In this document: positions 1-9,763 of the stretch, in pieces | How the letters are laid out: each line of letters starts with the position of its first letter | How positions within the stretch are numbered: the first letter of the stretch is position 1 | Origin: a virus | IMG/VR virus record: IMGVR_UViG_3300006921_004083 | Span: 32,001 to 96,000 of that record | Reading direction: 5' to 3' (one strand) | DNA length: 64,000 bases | The notes under the pieces: generated by a model | Told to the model about the DNA's origin: nothing | What the model saw: the letters and a program-made list of their open reading frames with translations, nothing else | Databases searched by the model: none | Program-made: the position numbers and the translations under genes

Positions 1-726
1 GATGGGGATACCGTAGGGTATGATGTGTATAGAATACCTCAACCTATCGCGGTAAACCTAACATACCAAGTAAGATTTTTTAGTTATAGAATGAGAGAAC
101 TGAATAAATTTAATAAGATAATAATGCAAGCTTTTCAATCTAGACAAAAATATATTAAATGTAATGGACATTTTTTTCCTGTAGTATTAGAGAGTATTGG
201 AGATGAAAGCACAATAGACCAATTCGAACAAAAAAGATTCTATGTACAAAACTTTGAGATGCAGTTACAAGGGTACATAATGGATGAAGAAGAGTACGAA
301 GTTACACCAGCCATTAAAAGAGTAGTTTCTTTATTTGAAACTGAACCTAATGTGGTCCCTAGTAGGAATCAAACAGACGGACTAAATCCTGAGCCAGAAC
401 TAGTGGAGTATACAACAGAGTTAATATGGGAACCAGCTTCCCAACCACCAGCGATATCAGTACTTACTTCGGAATTTATTATTGACCAAAGTGTCTTATT
501 AACAGAGTATTCATTAAATAACGCTAGGGATTGTGTACAAATAAATACAGGATGTCCCGCTCAATCTCCTAAGTTTGAAATATCTGTAAATGATGGATCC
601 TCGTATACATCAGTAGCCTTACCACTCCAAGTCTTACCAGGATATATAATAAGGGCGACCATACTACCAATCGACTATGATATAGACTCTTCTGTTACAG
701 TTAGAGGTTATATTAACGTTATTTAA
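1..726 (+). CDS. Tail completion / sheath stabilizer-like protein (T4 gp15-like), 5'-truncated
   Basis: Frame is open from base 1 (DGDTVGYDVYRIPQP...), so the true start is upstream of the window; PQPIAVNLTYQV motif; lies just before the sheath genes. Confidence 0.55.
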   Translation, partial: DGDTVGYDVYRIPQPIAVNLTYQVRFFSYRMRELNKFNKIIMQAFQSRQKYIKCNGHFFPVVLESIGDESTIDQFEQKRFYVQNFEMQLQGYIMDEEEYEVTPAIKRVVSLFETEPNVVPSRNQTDGLNPEPELVEYTTELIWEPASQPPAISVLTSEFIIDQSVLLTEYSLNNARDCVQINTGCPAQSPKFEISVNDGSSYTSVALPLQVLPGYIIRATILPIDYDIDSSVTVRGYINVI

Positions 727-896
727 TCATTGTAAAGATCATCCTTTTTTTTATAACGAAGATTAGAACAATTTTGTATAATTAGTTTTTCTACAAATGC
801 GAACATTTTAAGTCCATTAGTCTCACAGTAGGATTTTAACACGGAATGTGTTTTTGTATCTATTTTAAGGTTTTTATTACGTTTTGGTTTACTCAT
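723..896 (-). CDS. Small ribbon-helix-helix-like DNA-binding protein (57 aa), not in the ORF track
   Basis: Manual translation MSKPKRNKNLKIDTKTHSVLKSYCETNGLKMFAFVEKLIIQNCSNLRYKKKDDLYND*; beta-strand KNLKID followed by helix-G-helix pattern; TATTTAT motif immediately upstream on the minus strand. Confidence 0.7.
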   Translation of the reverse strand: MSKPKRNKNLKIDTKTHSVLKSYCETNGLKMFAFVEKLIIQNCSNLRYKKKDDLYND

Positions 897-905
897 ATAT
901 AAATA

Positions 906-936
906 AGTATGAAAAAAGTATGATTCTTTTCATACT
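906..936. promoter_or_regulatory. Candidate operator: perfect 10-bp inverted repeat with an extra internal half-site
   Basis: AGTATGAAAA (906-915) and TTTTCATACT (927-936), with a third AGTATGA at 917-923, between the divergent RHH and sheath genes. Confidence 0.55.
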
Positions 937-974
937 AGACCAAAAAAGCCTTCGTACTTTGATAAAAATCATAG

Positions 975-982
975 TATTTATA
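975..982 (+). promoter_or_regulatory. Putative phage late-promoter motif TATTTATA (sheath operon)
   Basis: Same motif recurs upstream of many gene starts in the window. Confidence 0.6.
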
Positions 983-1023
983 ATAAAACCAAGAATAATA
1001 TTTAATTAAAAATAAATTAAGAG

Positions 1024-3825
1024 ATGAGTACAAATCAAGTAGTAGTATCACCGGGTGTTTATACATCAGAGAAAGACCTTTCTTTTGTTGCAGCAAGTGT
1101 GGGTATAACAAGCCTAGGGGTAGCAGGAGAGTCTGTAAGAGGACCAGCATTCCAACCTATATTCGTTGGAGATTATGACACATATACAACTTATTTTGGA
1201 GGACAAAATACAGGTGTGTTTACAATAGGTGCAACCAAAGTACCTAAATTTGAATCAACATACATTGCGAGACAATACCTAGAAGAATCAAATAACATGT
1301 ACATGTCACGTGTATTAGGACAAACTGGATTCGATGCCACAGAAGCATTAGTAATTAATGTAAAGGCGGCATCTACAGATCTAGAATTAAAAGATGACAA
1401 TACAGGTAGACCTGTTTCAGGTATGACAGCTTGTGTTATTAGATCACGAAAATCCACTACATCGACAGGAACCTATAGCCAAGCGGCGGTACAAATAGTC
1501 TTAAAAACTAGTGGTGCTCAAGAAGGACCACAAAACGCCGGGTCACCTACAGAACCAATTAATTCTGGTTATGAGTTAGGAGGTGAATCTCAAACTGTTT
1601 TAGCAACTAGTGTTAATCCTTATGTATATGGTTTATGGAGAGACGCATCAGATGATTTTGTTGTTGAGGCAAAGGCACCTGGTACTGGAGTTGTAAACTC
1701 TTGGGTAGTTAACTTTAATCCTAATAGTAATAACTACATATTGAAAGTTTTAGGGAGGGATCCTTATTACGATGGTACAAACAACCCTGATGCTAAACTT
1801 TATGTAGAACAATTCTATCCAAAGGCGATACAAGAACTAGGTAAATCTTTTGGTGGGTCAGCAACATATAACTATTTAGACACAGTTAGAGATATTGCTT
1901 GGTACAACATTCCAAGTGGATGGTCTAATTATACAGATACTTGGCAACCAATCGCTACTGCAGACGGACCAACAACTCCATGGATATATTCAGAAGTTAG
2001 GGGTACAGAAATTGTTAAATTATTTAGAATTATTACAATAGCTGATGGAGACACAGCTAATAATTTCTTAAAATTTAGTATTGTTAACATTGATATAGAT
2101 AATGTTACTTTTGATTTAGCGGTTAGACAATATAGTGATACGGATGCTAAACCAACTATTTACGAGCAGTTCAGAAATTTATCTATGAATCCTGTGAGTC
2201 AAAACTACATAGGGAAGAGAATTGGGACCCTAAATGGTGATTATCCTTTAAGGTCTCGTTATATAATGGTTGAACTTGACGAAAACGCACCAATAGATGG
2301 ATTACCATCAGGTTATGGGGGTTACCCACAGACGAACTATCCTAACTTAAGTGGATTTACTGATGGTCCTGCGTTGGCACAAGCGGCTCCAGGGGCTTTA
2401 CACACCAGAGTAGAACCTTATGTAACTTATAATATAGCATATGATACTATCACAGATAATATTAGAAAAACTTATTTAGGACTTTCTAGTAAAGTAGGAT
2501 ATGACCAAGATATTTTTGATTATAAAGGATGTTCAACTGCACTTGGTACGGCTTGTGCGGCGGCATGGACAGGACATACATACGGATTCCACTTAGACAC
2601 AAGAGCTTCCGGTACCACTTTCTTAAATAATGGTAATAACGGTGATTATAGAGTATGGTTTTCAGGTTCAGTAGGAAGTTTCCCATTCTTTACAACTACA
2701 AGTCAATACGCTGGTACGAATTGTGCTGGTAAGTATTTCGGACCAGGATGTGATGATGGAACGTCCACAACTCTTAATATTTACTCTAAAAAACAATATA
2801 GAAAATTTACTGTAGCACCATATGGAGGACATGACGGATGGGACACTAGTAGAATAAATAGAAGTAATACAGACGTATTCAAAGAAAACAGTACTAGCTA
2901 TACACCAGGATATGGGTCTGGAACAACATCGGTTGCGAATTCAGGGGCATACTCATTCAACAAAAATACTGACTGGTATTCTTATAATACTAATATACAA
3001 AAATTTGCTAATCCTGAAAATGTTGATATTAATTTATTCGCTTCACCAGGTATAGATTATACAAATAATCTTACATTAGTTAATGAAACAATTGAAATGA
3101 TTGAAGATGATAGAGCAGATTCACTTTACCTTCTTACAGCTGAAAATTATAAAGACCAAACAATCTCAACTGCGGTTGACGCTTTAGACGATGCGTCTTT
3201 AGATAGTAACTATACTGCGACTTATTGGCCATGGATACAATATAACGATACTGAAAATAATGTAAGAATTTACATTCCACCAACTGCGGAAGTCTTAAGA
3301 AATATGGCATTAACTGATAATGTTGCATTCCCTTGGTTCGCAACCGCAGGTTATAATAGAGGTATTGTTAAGGCGACTAGAGTTAGAACTAAACTAACAC
3401 AAGATAATAGAGATGACTTATATGAGGCACGAATTAATCCAATTGCAACATTTACAGCGACTGGGCCTGTTATATGGGGTAACAAAACATTACAAACTAG
3501 TTTATCAGCTTTAGATAGGATTAATGTGAGAAGATTATTGTTAAGGGCTAGAAAATTAATTTCAGCAGTAGCAGTAAGATTAGTCTTTGAACAAAATGAT
3601 GAAGTTGTTAGACAAGAATTCCTAAGTCTAGTTAATCCAATTTTAGAAGACATAAGAAGAGATAGAGGTTTAACAGACTTTAGAGTTGTTGTATCAAGTG
3701 ACCCTGAAGAAATCGATCAAAACAAATTGACAGGTAAAATATACCTTAAACCAACTAGAGCTTTAGAGTTTATCGAAATTGAGTTTAATGTTACACCAAC
3801 AGCAACTAGTTTTGATGACATATAA
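1024..3825 (+). CDS. Contractile tail sheath protein, paralog 1
   Basis: N-terminal SPGVYTSE; C-terminal YWPW...WFATAGYNRG...INPIATF...WGNKT...LDRINVRRL...KPTRALEFIEIEF sheath (gp18-like) motifs. Confidence 0.95.
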   Translation: MSTNQVVVSPGVYTSEKDLSFVAASVGITSLGVAGESVRGPAFQPIFVGDYDTYTTYFGGQNTGVFTIGATKVPKFESTYIARQYLEESNNMYMSRVLGQTGFDATEALVINVKAASTDLELKDDNTGRPVSGMTACVIRSRKSTTSTGTYSQAAVQIVLKTSGAQEGPQNAGSPTEPINSGYELGGESQTVLATSVNPYVYGLWRDASDDFVVEAKAPGTGVVNSWVVNFNPNSNNYILKVLGRDPYYDGTNNPDAKLYVEQFYPKAIQELGKSFGGSATYNYLDTVRDIAWYNIPSGWSNYTDTWQPIATADGPTTPWIYSEVRGTEIVKLFRIITIADGDTANNFLKFSIVNIDIDNVTFDLAVRQYSDTDAKPTIYEQFRNLSMNPVSQNYIGKRIGTLNGDYPLRSRYIMVELDENAPIDGLPSGYGGYPQTNYPNLSGFTDGPALAQAAPGALHTRVEPYVTYNIAYDTITDNIRKTYLGLSSKVGYDQDIFDYKGCSTALGTACAAAWTGHTYGFHLDTRASGTTFLNNGNNGDYRVWFSGSVGSFPFFTTTSQYAGTNCAGKYFGPGCDDGTSTTLNIYSKKQYRKFTVAPYGGHDGWDTSRINRSNTDVFKENSTSYTPGYGSGTTSVANSGAYSFNKNTDWYSYNTNIQKFANPENVDINLFASPGIDYTNNLTLVNETIEMIEDDRADSLYLLTAENYKDQTISTAVDALDDASLDSNYTATYWPWIQYNDTENNVRIYIPPTAEVLRNMALTDNVAFPWFATAGYNRGIVKATRVRTKLTQDNRDDLYEARINPIATFTATGPVIWGNKTLQTSLSALDRINVRRLLLRARKLISAVAVRLVFEQNDEVVRQEFLSLVNPILEDIRRDRGLTDFRVVVSSDPEEIDQNKLTGKIYLKPTRALEFIEIEFNVTPTATSFDDI

Positions 3826-3850
3826 CAAGTAGATAAAATTTTTGAAATAG

Positions 3851-6800
3851 ATGGCAAACCAAGTTCCATTATCACCAGGGGTATATACTTCAGAAAGAGA
3901 GTTAACCGCAAATAACGCAGCTATAGGGGCAACAACTTTAGGTACTGTAGGAGAAACTACACAAGGACCAGCATTTGAACCTATATTCATTACAAGTTAT
4001 GATACGTATAAAACTTACTTTGGAGGGTTAAATAAAACAACTTTCCCTGGTACAAATATACCACAATACGAACAATCATATATTGCTAAAACTTATTTAA
4101 GTGAGGCAAATTCATATTACGCTGAACGTATTTTAGGGTATTCTGGATATGACGCTGGTACAGCTTGGAATATAACACTTAGTTATGTTCCTAACTATAA
4201 TAATGTATTTAGGTCTTTTGGGGGTGGAGCTCTTAATGGACTTTATGGATCAGTAAACTACAACCAACTAGGAGGTTTTGGTATACCAGGACTAGACTCA
4301 ACAGGGGCCGTAGGTTCAGCAACAATTGATAATGGGAACGGTACAATTTATACGGCACCAGCAGGTGGTCAACCAGGTTTATATAGTGGAGGTACTTGGG
4401 GGTATAATTTTACTTCGGATGGAGAATCTGCCATAAACGGTGTACAATACACCAACGCTGACGCAGCTGACATTGTGGAGGCAACAGGAAAGAAACTTGC
4501 GGTTATATTCTCATCAACAACTAAAGGATCAGGTGGAAAACTAGTGGTAACGGGTAGTACAGGTGGACAATACTTTGATTCGTCAGGATTACCTCACGTA
4601 TCGGAATTAACAACAACAGCTTATCCGTTATGTTTACTAAGTGGTGAAACTTTTGTTATTTCTACAAACACAACAGCTGGGGGTACAAACCCACTACTTA
4701 ATAATACATCATTTGAAACACCAAGAGTTGCGGAACAAACGAATGCTACGACATACAATTCAATTAGATGGAATCCTGCTATTTCGCGACAGGATAATGG
4801 GAGTACCTTTTCTAATCTCGAACCTTCTAATCTATTTCACGCGGGGACTGGGACTAGAGAAATGAACCCATTAGGTTATCCGGCTACAGGATACACATTC
4901 CAACTAAACTGGAGAAAGGGAAATTATATAGGTGCTCACACAGGAGGGACTCAAGGATGGACAGCACAAACATCAGGTACAGTATTTACCTGGACAGCGG
5001 CAACACAAGAAATGGTTGTTGCTAAATTAAGAAGTAGAGGTAGTTATTCACTTAATACATTTAGTAGAGACGTGGGTGATAGTACTGGAGGTTCAGCAGG
5101 GGTAACATTACAAAATTCACCTTCGTTTGGTGATGGTCCAGGACCGTGTCCCGAAATGGCAGCACCGCCACTATCTCCAGATTGTACCGCAAAGGAGTTT
5201 AGATCAATAAACACAACTAATTATAAACAAAACTTTTATGTTTCAGGATTTACTGCGGCAGGAGCACAATTTAGTTACCAAACAAATCTAGATACCTCTT
5301 CCCAAAATTATTTAACGAAAGTATTTGGAGTGGATCCTTTTGATAAAACACAACCAATGTGGGTGGAAGAGATATATCCAAACAGTTTGAATAACTTAGC
5401 AGCTTCAGCTCTCACATTTAGTAATATCAGTATTGGTCAAGAATCAACTTTTGATAACTACAGTGAAGATTGGCAACCTTTAGCGGCAACAAAAGGACCA
5501 GAAACTCCTTTTATAATGTCAGAAATAAGAGGTAATAAAATATTCAAACTTTTCAAAGCTATTCTTGTGGCGGACGGAAACAACGCAAATGACATGGTTA
5601 AAATATCCATACAAAATATTCAAAAAGACACCAAAAGTTTTTCTCTAGTAGTTAGAGATATAAACGATACTGATACAAATCAAATAATTTATGAGAGTTT
5701 CCAAAATTGTACAATGAATCCTGGAAGTCAAAATTATATTGGTACGAAAGTTGGTACAGAAAATGGGGATTATCCTTTAAGGAGTAGATATATTATGTTA
5801 GAGATCGATGAAGATGCACCAATAGACGCACTTCCAGCAGGTTTCCGAGGATACCCAATTAGAGATTATAGTGGGGCGACACTAGATGACCAGATTTTCC
5901 AAGACCCACCATCTTCTGCAGAGTTAAATGGTGGAAACAGTATAACTAATACGGGAGCCATTTCTGGTTGGCCAGACAGTGTTGCACCTAAACCATTTTA
6001 TAATTTAGTTTACGATACATTAAATGATAATGTAAAAAGAACTTATTTAGGTTGGTCAAGTAAAAAAGGATTTGATAAAGCATTCTTTATTTATAAAGGA
6101 TTGGAGGGAACAAACCCAACCTCACCATATATGTGTGACCCAAATGGTACAGCATGGACTGGTAAAACACCAGGATTCCATTTCGATAATAGAGTTTCCG
6201 GTCTAACACAAACAGATGTATACCAATATGATGTAGGGGCTTACAACTTCAATCCAAGTGGTAACACCTCATTACAAACACAAAATTATTATAATGATAG
6301 TGACTATCTTAAATTTACTGTTATACCTTATGGAGGTAATGATGGTTGGGATAGGTATAGAAAAACTAGAACATATGGTGACACATATATCGTAAACCAA
6401 ACTAATTATGCTACATTCTGGTATAATAACACTATCACTTCCTCATGTTTAGTAACTGATTATTATCCTTATTATGATGGTATTAGAAAATACGCTAATC
6501 CAGAAAGTATTGATATTAGTCTATTTGGTACACCAGGTATCGATTACACTAATAATTTAACATTGGTTAATAGGGCACTTGAAATGATTGAGAATGATAG
6601 GGCTGACGCACTTTATGTAGTTAACTCACCAAACCCAGCCAATCAAACAGTTGATTCGGCAGTAGATAATTTAAGTAATGCAGCAATAGCAAGTAGTTAT
6701 ATGGCAACTTATTGGCCTTGGGTTAGATATAAGGACACTGAAAATAACGTAAGACTCTATCTTCCACCAACAGGTGAAGTGTTTAGAGCTATGGCGTTAA

Positions 6801-7321
6801 CAGATAATATTTCATTCCCATGGTTTGCACCAGCTGGACAAACTAGAGGATTATTAAACACAATAGATAAGGCACAAACTAAACTTACACAAATTAATAG
6901 AGACGATCTTTATATAGGTAAAATAAATCCTATAGCGACTTTTAATGGAGTCGGGGTAGTAATATGGGGACAAAAAACATTAAAAAGTACTGTATCAGCT
7001 TTAGATAGAATAAACGTAAGAAGATTAATGATTTACTTAAAAAAGAAAGTACAATCTGTGGCTATACAATTATTATTTGAACAAAACGATGATATTGTTA
7101 GACAACAATTCCTTTCCTTAATAAATCCGATTTTAGAAGATGTGAGAAGAGACAGAGGTCTAACCGAATTCAAAGTACAACTAAATAGTGACGCTAATGA
7201 ACTAGACACAAATTCGATGACAGGTAAAATATTTGTAAAACCAACTAGAACTTTAGAGTTTATTGAAGTTGAATTTAATATTACCCCTTCTTCCGTATCA
7301 TTTAACGATATAACTCAGTAA
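3851..7321 (+). CDS. Contractile tail sheath protein, paralog 2 (larger insertion domains)
   Basis: SPGVYTSE...YWPW...WFAPAG...INPIATF...WGQKT...LDRINVRRL...KPTRTLEFIEVEF. Confidence 0.95.
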   Translation: MANQVPLSPGVYTSERELTANNAAIGATTLGTVGETTQGPAFEPIFITSYDTYKTYFGGLNKTTFPGTNIPQYEQSYIAKTYLSEANSYYAERILGYSGYDAGTAWNITLSYVPNYNNVFRSFGGGALNGLYGSVNYNQLGGFGIPGLDSTGAVGSATIDNGNGTIYTAPAGGQPGLYSGGTWGYNFTSDGESAINGVQYTNADAADIVEATGKKLAVIFSSTTKGSGGKLVVTGSTGGQYFDSSGLPHVSELTTTAYPLCLLSGETFVISTNTTAGGTNPLLNNTSFETPRVAEQTNATTYNSIRWNPAISRQDNGSTFSNLEPSNLFHAGTGTREMNPLGYPATGYTFQLNWRKGNYIGAHTGGTQGWTAQTSGTVFTWTAATQEMVVAKLRSRGSYSLNTFSRDVGDSTGGSAGVTLQNSPSFGDGPGPCPEMAAPPLSPDCTAKEFRSINTTNYKQNFYVSGFTAAGAQFSYQTNLDTSSQNYLTKVFGVDPFDKTQPMWVEEIYPNSLNNLAASALTFSNISIGQESTFDNYSEDWQPLAATKGPETPFIMSEIRGNKIFKLFKAILVADGNNANDMVKISIQNIQKDTKSFSLVVRDINDTDTNQIIYESFQNCTMNPGSQNYIGTKVGTENGDYPLRSRYIMLEIDEDAPIDALPAGFRGYPIRDYSGATLDDQIFQDPPSSAELNGGNSITNTGAISGWPDSVAPKPFYNLVYDTLNDNVKRTYLGWSSKKGFDKAFFIYKGLEGTNPTSPYMCDPNGTAWTGKTPGFHFDNRVSGLTQTDVYQYDVGAYNFNPSGNTSLQTQNYYNDSDYLKFTVIPYGGNDGWDRYRKTRTYGDTYIVNQTNYATFWYNNTITSSCLVTDYYPYYDGIRKYANPESIDISLFGTPGIDYTNNLTLVNRALEMIENDRADALYVVNSPNPANQTVDSAVDNLSNAAIASSYMATYWPWVRYKDTENNVRLYLPPTGEVFRAMALTDNISFPWFAPAGQTRGLLNTIDKAQTKLTQINRDDLYIGKINPIATFNGVGVVIWGQKTLKSTVSALDRINVRRLMIYLKKKVQSVAIQLLFEQNDDIVRQQFLSLINPILEDVRRDRGLTEFKVQLNSDANELDTNSMTGKIFVKPTRTLEFIEVEFNITPSSVSFNDITQ

Positions 7322-7322
7322 G

Positions 7323-8105
7323 ATGAAACGAAGATTGTTATATGAAATAACGATGAGGGCCTATAGTTTTGACTGGGATGACAATATTCTTCATATGCCA
7401 ACAATGATTGATATGGAGAAAAAGAATGGAGATAGTTGGGAAAAAGTAAAATTAACAACAGGGGAATATGCAGAACTTAAGGATTCTCCAGATTATAGGT
7501 ACCCGAATGGAGATATTAAAAATGCCTTTAACGAGTTTAATGACGATAACCAATTCTTAAAAAATGTAGAGGATAGTCTTACGAGTAAAGATTTTGCACC
7601 TTCGTTTAATGATTTTAAGGAGGCCTTATTAAAAGCAAAACCTATATCTATAATTACAGCTAGACCACAATCACCAAAAACTTTGAAAAAAGGAGTTTTA
7701 ATGATAATTGAGGATAATTTTACTGACGAGGAAATAGACGAAATGGTCGAAAATATTAATGATAATTATGATTTTACGGGTGATAACGATGAAATAATTC
7801 AAAAATATATAGAATCTAACTATTATTATCCTGTTTCATTTAGAAATAGATTTGTTGATGTTAAAAAAGAAAAAGGTAATGCTTTAGATGATTTTGTGGG
7901 AAAAGTGGTAAAGGCTTTTGAAAAAATGGATAAAGATAAATATAATAAAATGAGTGTTGGATTTAGTGATGATGACACAGATAATGTAGAACATATGGTA
8001 AAAAAGGTAAAAGAAGAGATATCAAAACAATATCCAGACATTGAATTTTACATTTATGATACTTCGGAAAAAGGTAAAAATAAACTAATCGTACACTCAA
8101 CATAA
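7323..8105 (+). CDS. HAD-superfamily phosphatase-like protein
   Basis: Motif I FDWDDNI, motif II IITAR, motif IV VGFSDDD. Confidence 0.65.
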   Translation: MKRRLLYEITMRAYSFDWDDNILHMPTMIDMEKKNGDSWEKVKLTTGEYAELKDSPDYRYPNGDIKNAFNEFNDDNQFLKNVEDSLTSKDFAPSFNDFKEALLKAKPISIITARPQSPKTLKKGVLMIIEDNFTDEEIDEMVENINDNYDFTGDNDEIIQKYIESNYYYPVSFRNRFVDVKKEKGNALDDFVGKVVKAFEKMDKDKYNKMSVGFSDDDTDNVEHMVKKVKEEISKQYPDIEFYIYDTSEKGKNKLIVHST

Positions 8106-8124
8106 ATAATTTTATTTATTGATA

Positions 8125-8132
8125 TATTTATA
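8125..8132 (+). promoter_or_regulatory. Putative late-promoter motif TATTTATA upstream of tail tube
   Basis: TATTTAT at 8113-8119 and 8125-8131; tube ATG at 8175. Confidence 0.55.
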
Positions 8133-8174
8133 GATGTATTGATTAATAATACGAATTAAAAAAAAACTAAAAAA

Positions 8175-8663
8175 ATGGCAGACTTATTAATGAAAATGCC
8201 GGTTCCTTATGAACCAAAAAGAAAGAATCGGTTTATACTAAAATTTCCTTCGGATTTAGGAATCGCAGAATGGATTGTATCTAGTGCGGCTAGACCTTCA
8301 ATAACAATAAACGAAGTTGAGATACCTTTTCTTAATACGAAAACTTTCGTAGCTGGACAGTTCCAATGGGAAACAATTGATGTGACTTTTAGAGATCCTA
8401 TCGCACCTTCTTCTTCACAAGCTTTAATGGAGTGGGTAAGATTACACGCGGAGTCAGTAACAGGAAGAATGGGTTACGCTGCTGGATACAAGAAAAAGGT
8501 AGATCTTTTCATGTTAGACCCAACAGGGGCTATTGTAGAAAACTGGGAACTAAGAGGTACTTTCTTAACTAATGTTAATTTTGGTGACTTAGATTACAGT
8601 GGAGATGATTTAGCGGATGTTTCAGCAACTCTAAGATTCGATAGAGCTATTCTTAAGTACTAA
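8175..8663 (+). CDS. Tail tube protein (T4 gp19-like)
   Basis: EPKRKNRF...RPSITINEVEIPF...WETIDVTFRDPI...LDPTGAIVENWELRG...FGDLDYS; 162 aa; downstream of the sheath genes. Confidence 0.9.
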   Translation: MADLLMKMPVPYEPKRKNRFILKFPSDLGIAEWIVSSAARPSITINEVEIPFLNTKTFVAGQFQWETIDVTFRDPIAPSSSQALMEWVRLHAESVTGRMGYAAGYKKKVDLFMLDPTGAIVENWELRGTFLTNVNFGDLDYSGDDLADVSATLRFDRAILKY

Positions 8664-8687
8664 ACATATTTTACATAAAATATATTA

Positions 8688-8716
8688 AATTAAAGGACCA
8701 CTTCGGTCCTTTAATT
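8688..8716 (+). terminator. Stem-loop after tail tube gene (terminator or processing site)
   Basis: Perfect 12-bp stem AATTAAAGGACC-acttc-GGTCCTTTAATT. Confidence 0.7.
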
Positions 8717-8786
8717 GTTTACAAATCATTATTTATGACTATTCTTTAATGAAAAATTATAATTTTTATATAAAAAAAAATAAAAA

Positions 8787-9545
8787 ATGTCAGAAAAAGA
8801 AGTAAAATTTAGTGTACCCTTTGATGTAATTGAATTACCATCGAAAGGATTACTCTATGATGACTGCGAGGAAACTATTAAGATTGAATATATGACCGCG
8901 GAAGATGAAAACATTTTAACTTCTCCTAATCTTTTACAATCAGGTAAAGTACTAGACGTACTTATGGAACGTAAAATTAAACAAAAAGGAGTGAATGCAA
9001 AAAATCTTTTAGTTGGTGATAGAAATGCAATTATGGTATTTTTAAGAGCGACAGCATATGGAGAGATGTACCCAGTAAAATTAACAGACCCACAAACAGG
9101 AGAAGAGTTTGAAACAGAAATCGACCTAAATAAACTAGATGTAAAGTCAATAGGGGCAACTCCAGACGAAAAAGGATATTTTTCGTTTGACTTAAAACGT
9201 AGTAAAAAATCAATTAAATTCAGATTATTAACAGCAAAAGACGAAGAGGATTTAGTTAAAGGGGAAGAAAAAAGACAAAAAATCTTGAAAAATAACGTTT
9301 CAAAATTATTAACTTCTAGATTAGTAACACAAATCATGGAAGTAGACGGAGAAACCAATAAAAGTTACATTGAACAATTTGTTCAGTACTTACCAGCCGG
9401 AGATTCATTAGAGTTAAGAAAATATATGGATGATATTGAACCTGGCATAGACCTGAGGGTAGACGTGGAAGCGCCTTCAGGTGCCGTGTTTCGCAGTCTC
9501 ATTCCCATCACAGTCCGATTTTTTTGGCCTAACGTCGAGTTATAA
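8787..9545 (+). CDS. Tail/baseplate assembly chaperone (T4 gp26-like; lambda gpG position)
   Basis: IELPSKG...YMTAEDENILT...LLVGDRNAIMVFLRATAYG...FRLLT...FFWP; lies between tube and tape measure. Confidence 0.75.
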   Translation: MSEKEVKFSVPFDVIELPSKGLLYDDCEETIKIEYMTAEDENILTSPNLLQSGKVLDVLMERKIKQKGVNAKNLLVGDRNAIMVFLRATAYGEMYPVKLTDPQTGEEFETEIDLNKLDVKSIGATPDEKGYFSFDLKRSKKSIKFRLLTAKDEEDLVKGEEKRQKILKNNVSKLLTSRLVTQIMEVDGETNKSYIEQFVQYLPAGDSLELRKYMDDIEPGIDLRVDVEAPSGAVFRSLIPITVRFFWPNVEL

Positions 9546-9720
9546 ACAGTCGTTATTCCAAGAAATCTACATACTTGTACATCACGCTGGGTTTACGAGA
9601 GAAGATGTAATGATGATGCCAATATTTGAGAGGCGATCATATATGATTTTATTACAAAAAGAAATTGACGAAAAAAACAAAGCACAAAAAGCGGCAAACG
9701 CTAAAGCGAAGAGGAGATAA
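9519..9720 (+). CDS. Second chaperone segment (gp51-like), probably reached by a frameshift at the T7 run
   Basis: +1 frame reads FFGLTSSYKQSLFQEIYILVHHAGFTREDVMMMPIFERRSY...; no convincing start of its own; terminator sits exactly at its stop codon. Confidence 0.65.
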
Positions 9721-9736
9721 CTCCTCTTCTTTTTTT
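9708..9736 (+). terminator. Rho-independent terminator
   Basis: GAAGAGGAG-ataa-CTCCTCTTC followed by T7. Confidence 0.85.
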
Positions 9737-9763
9737 ATATAAGATATTTATAATAAAAACATT

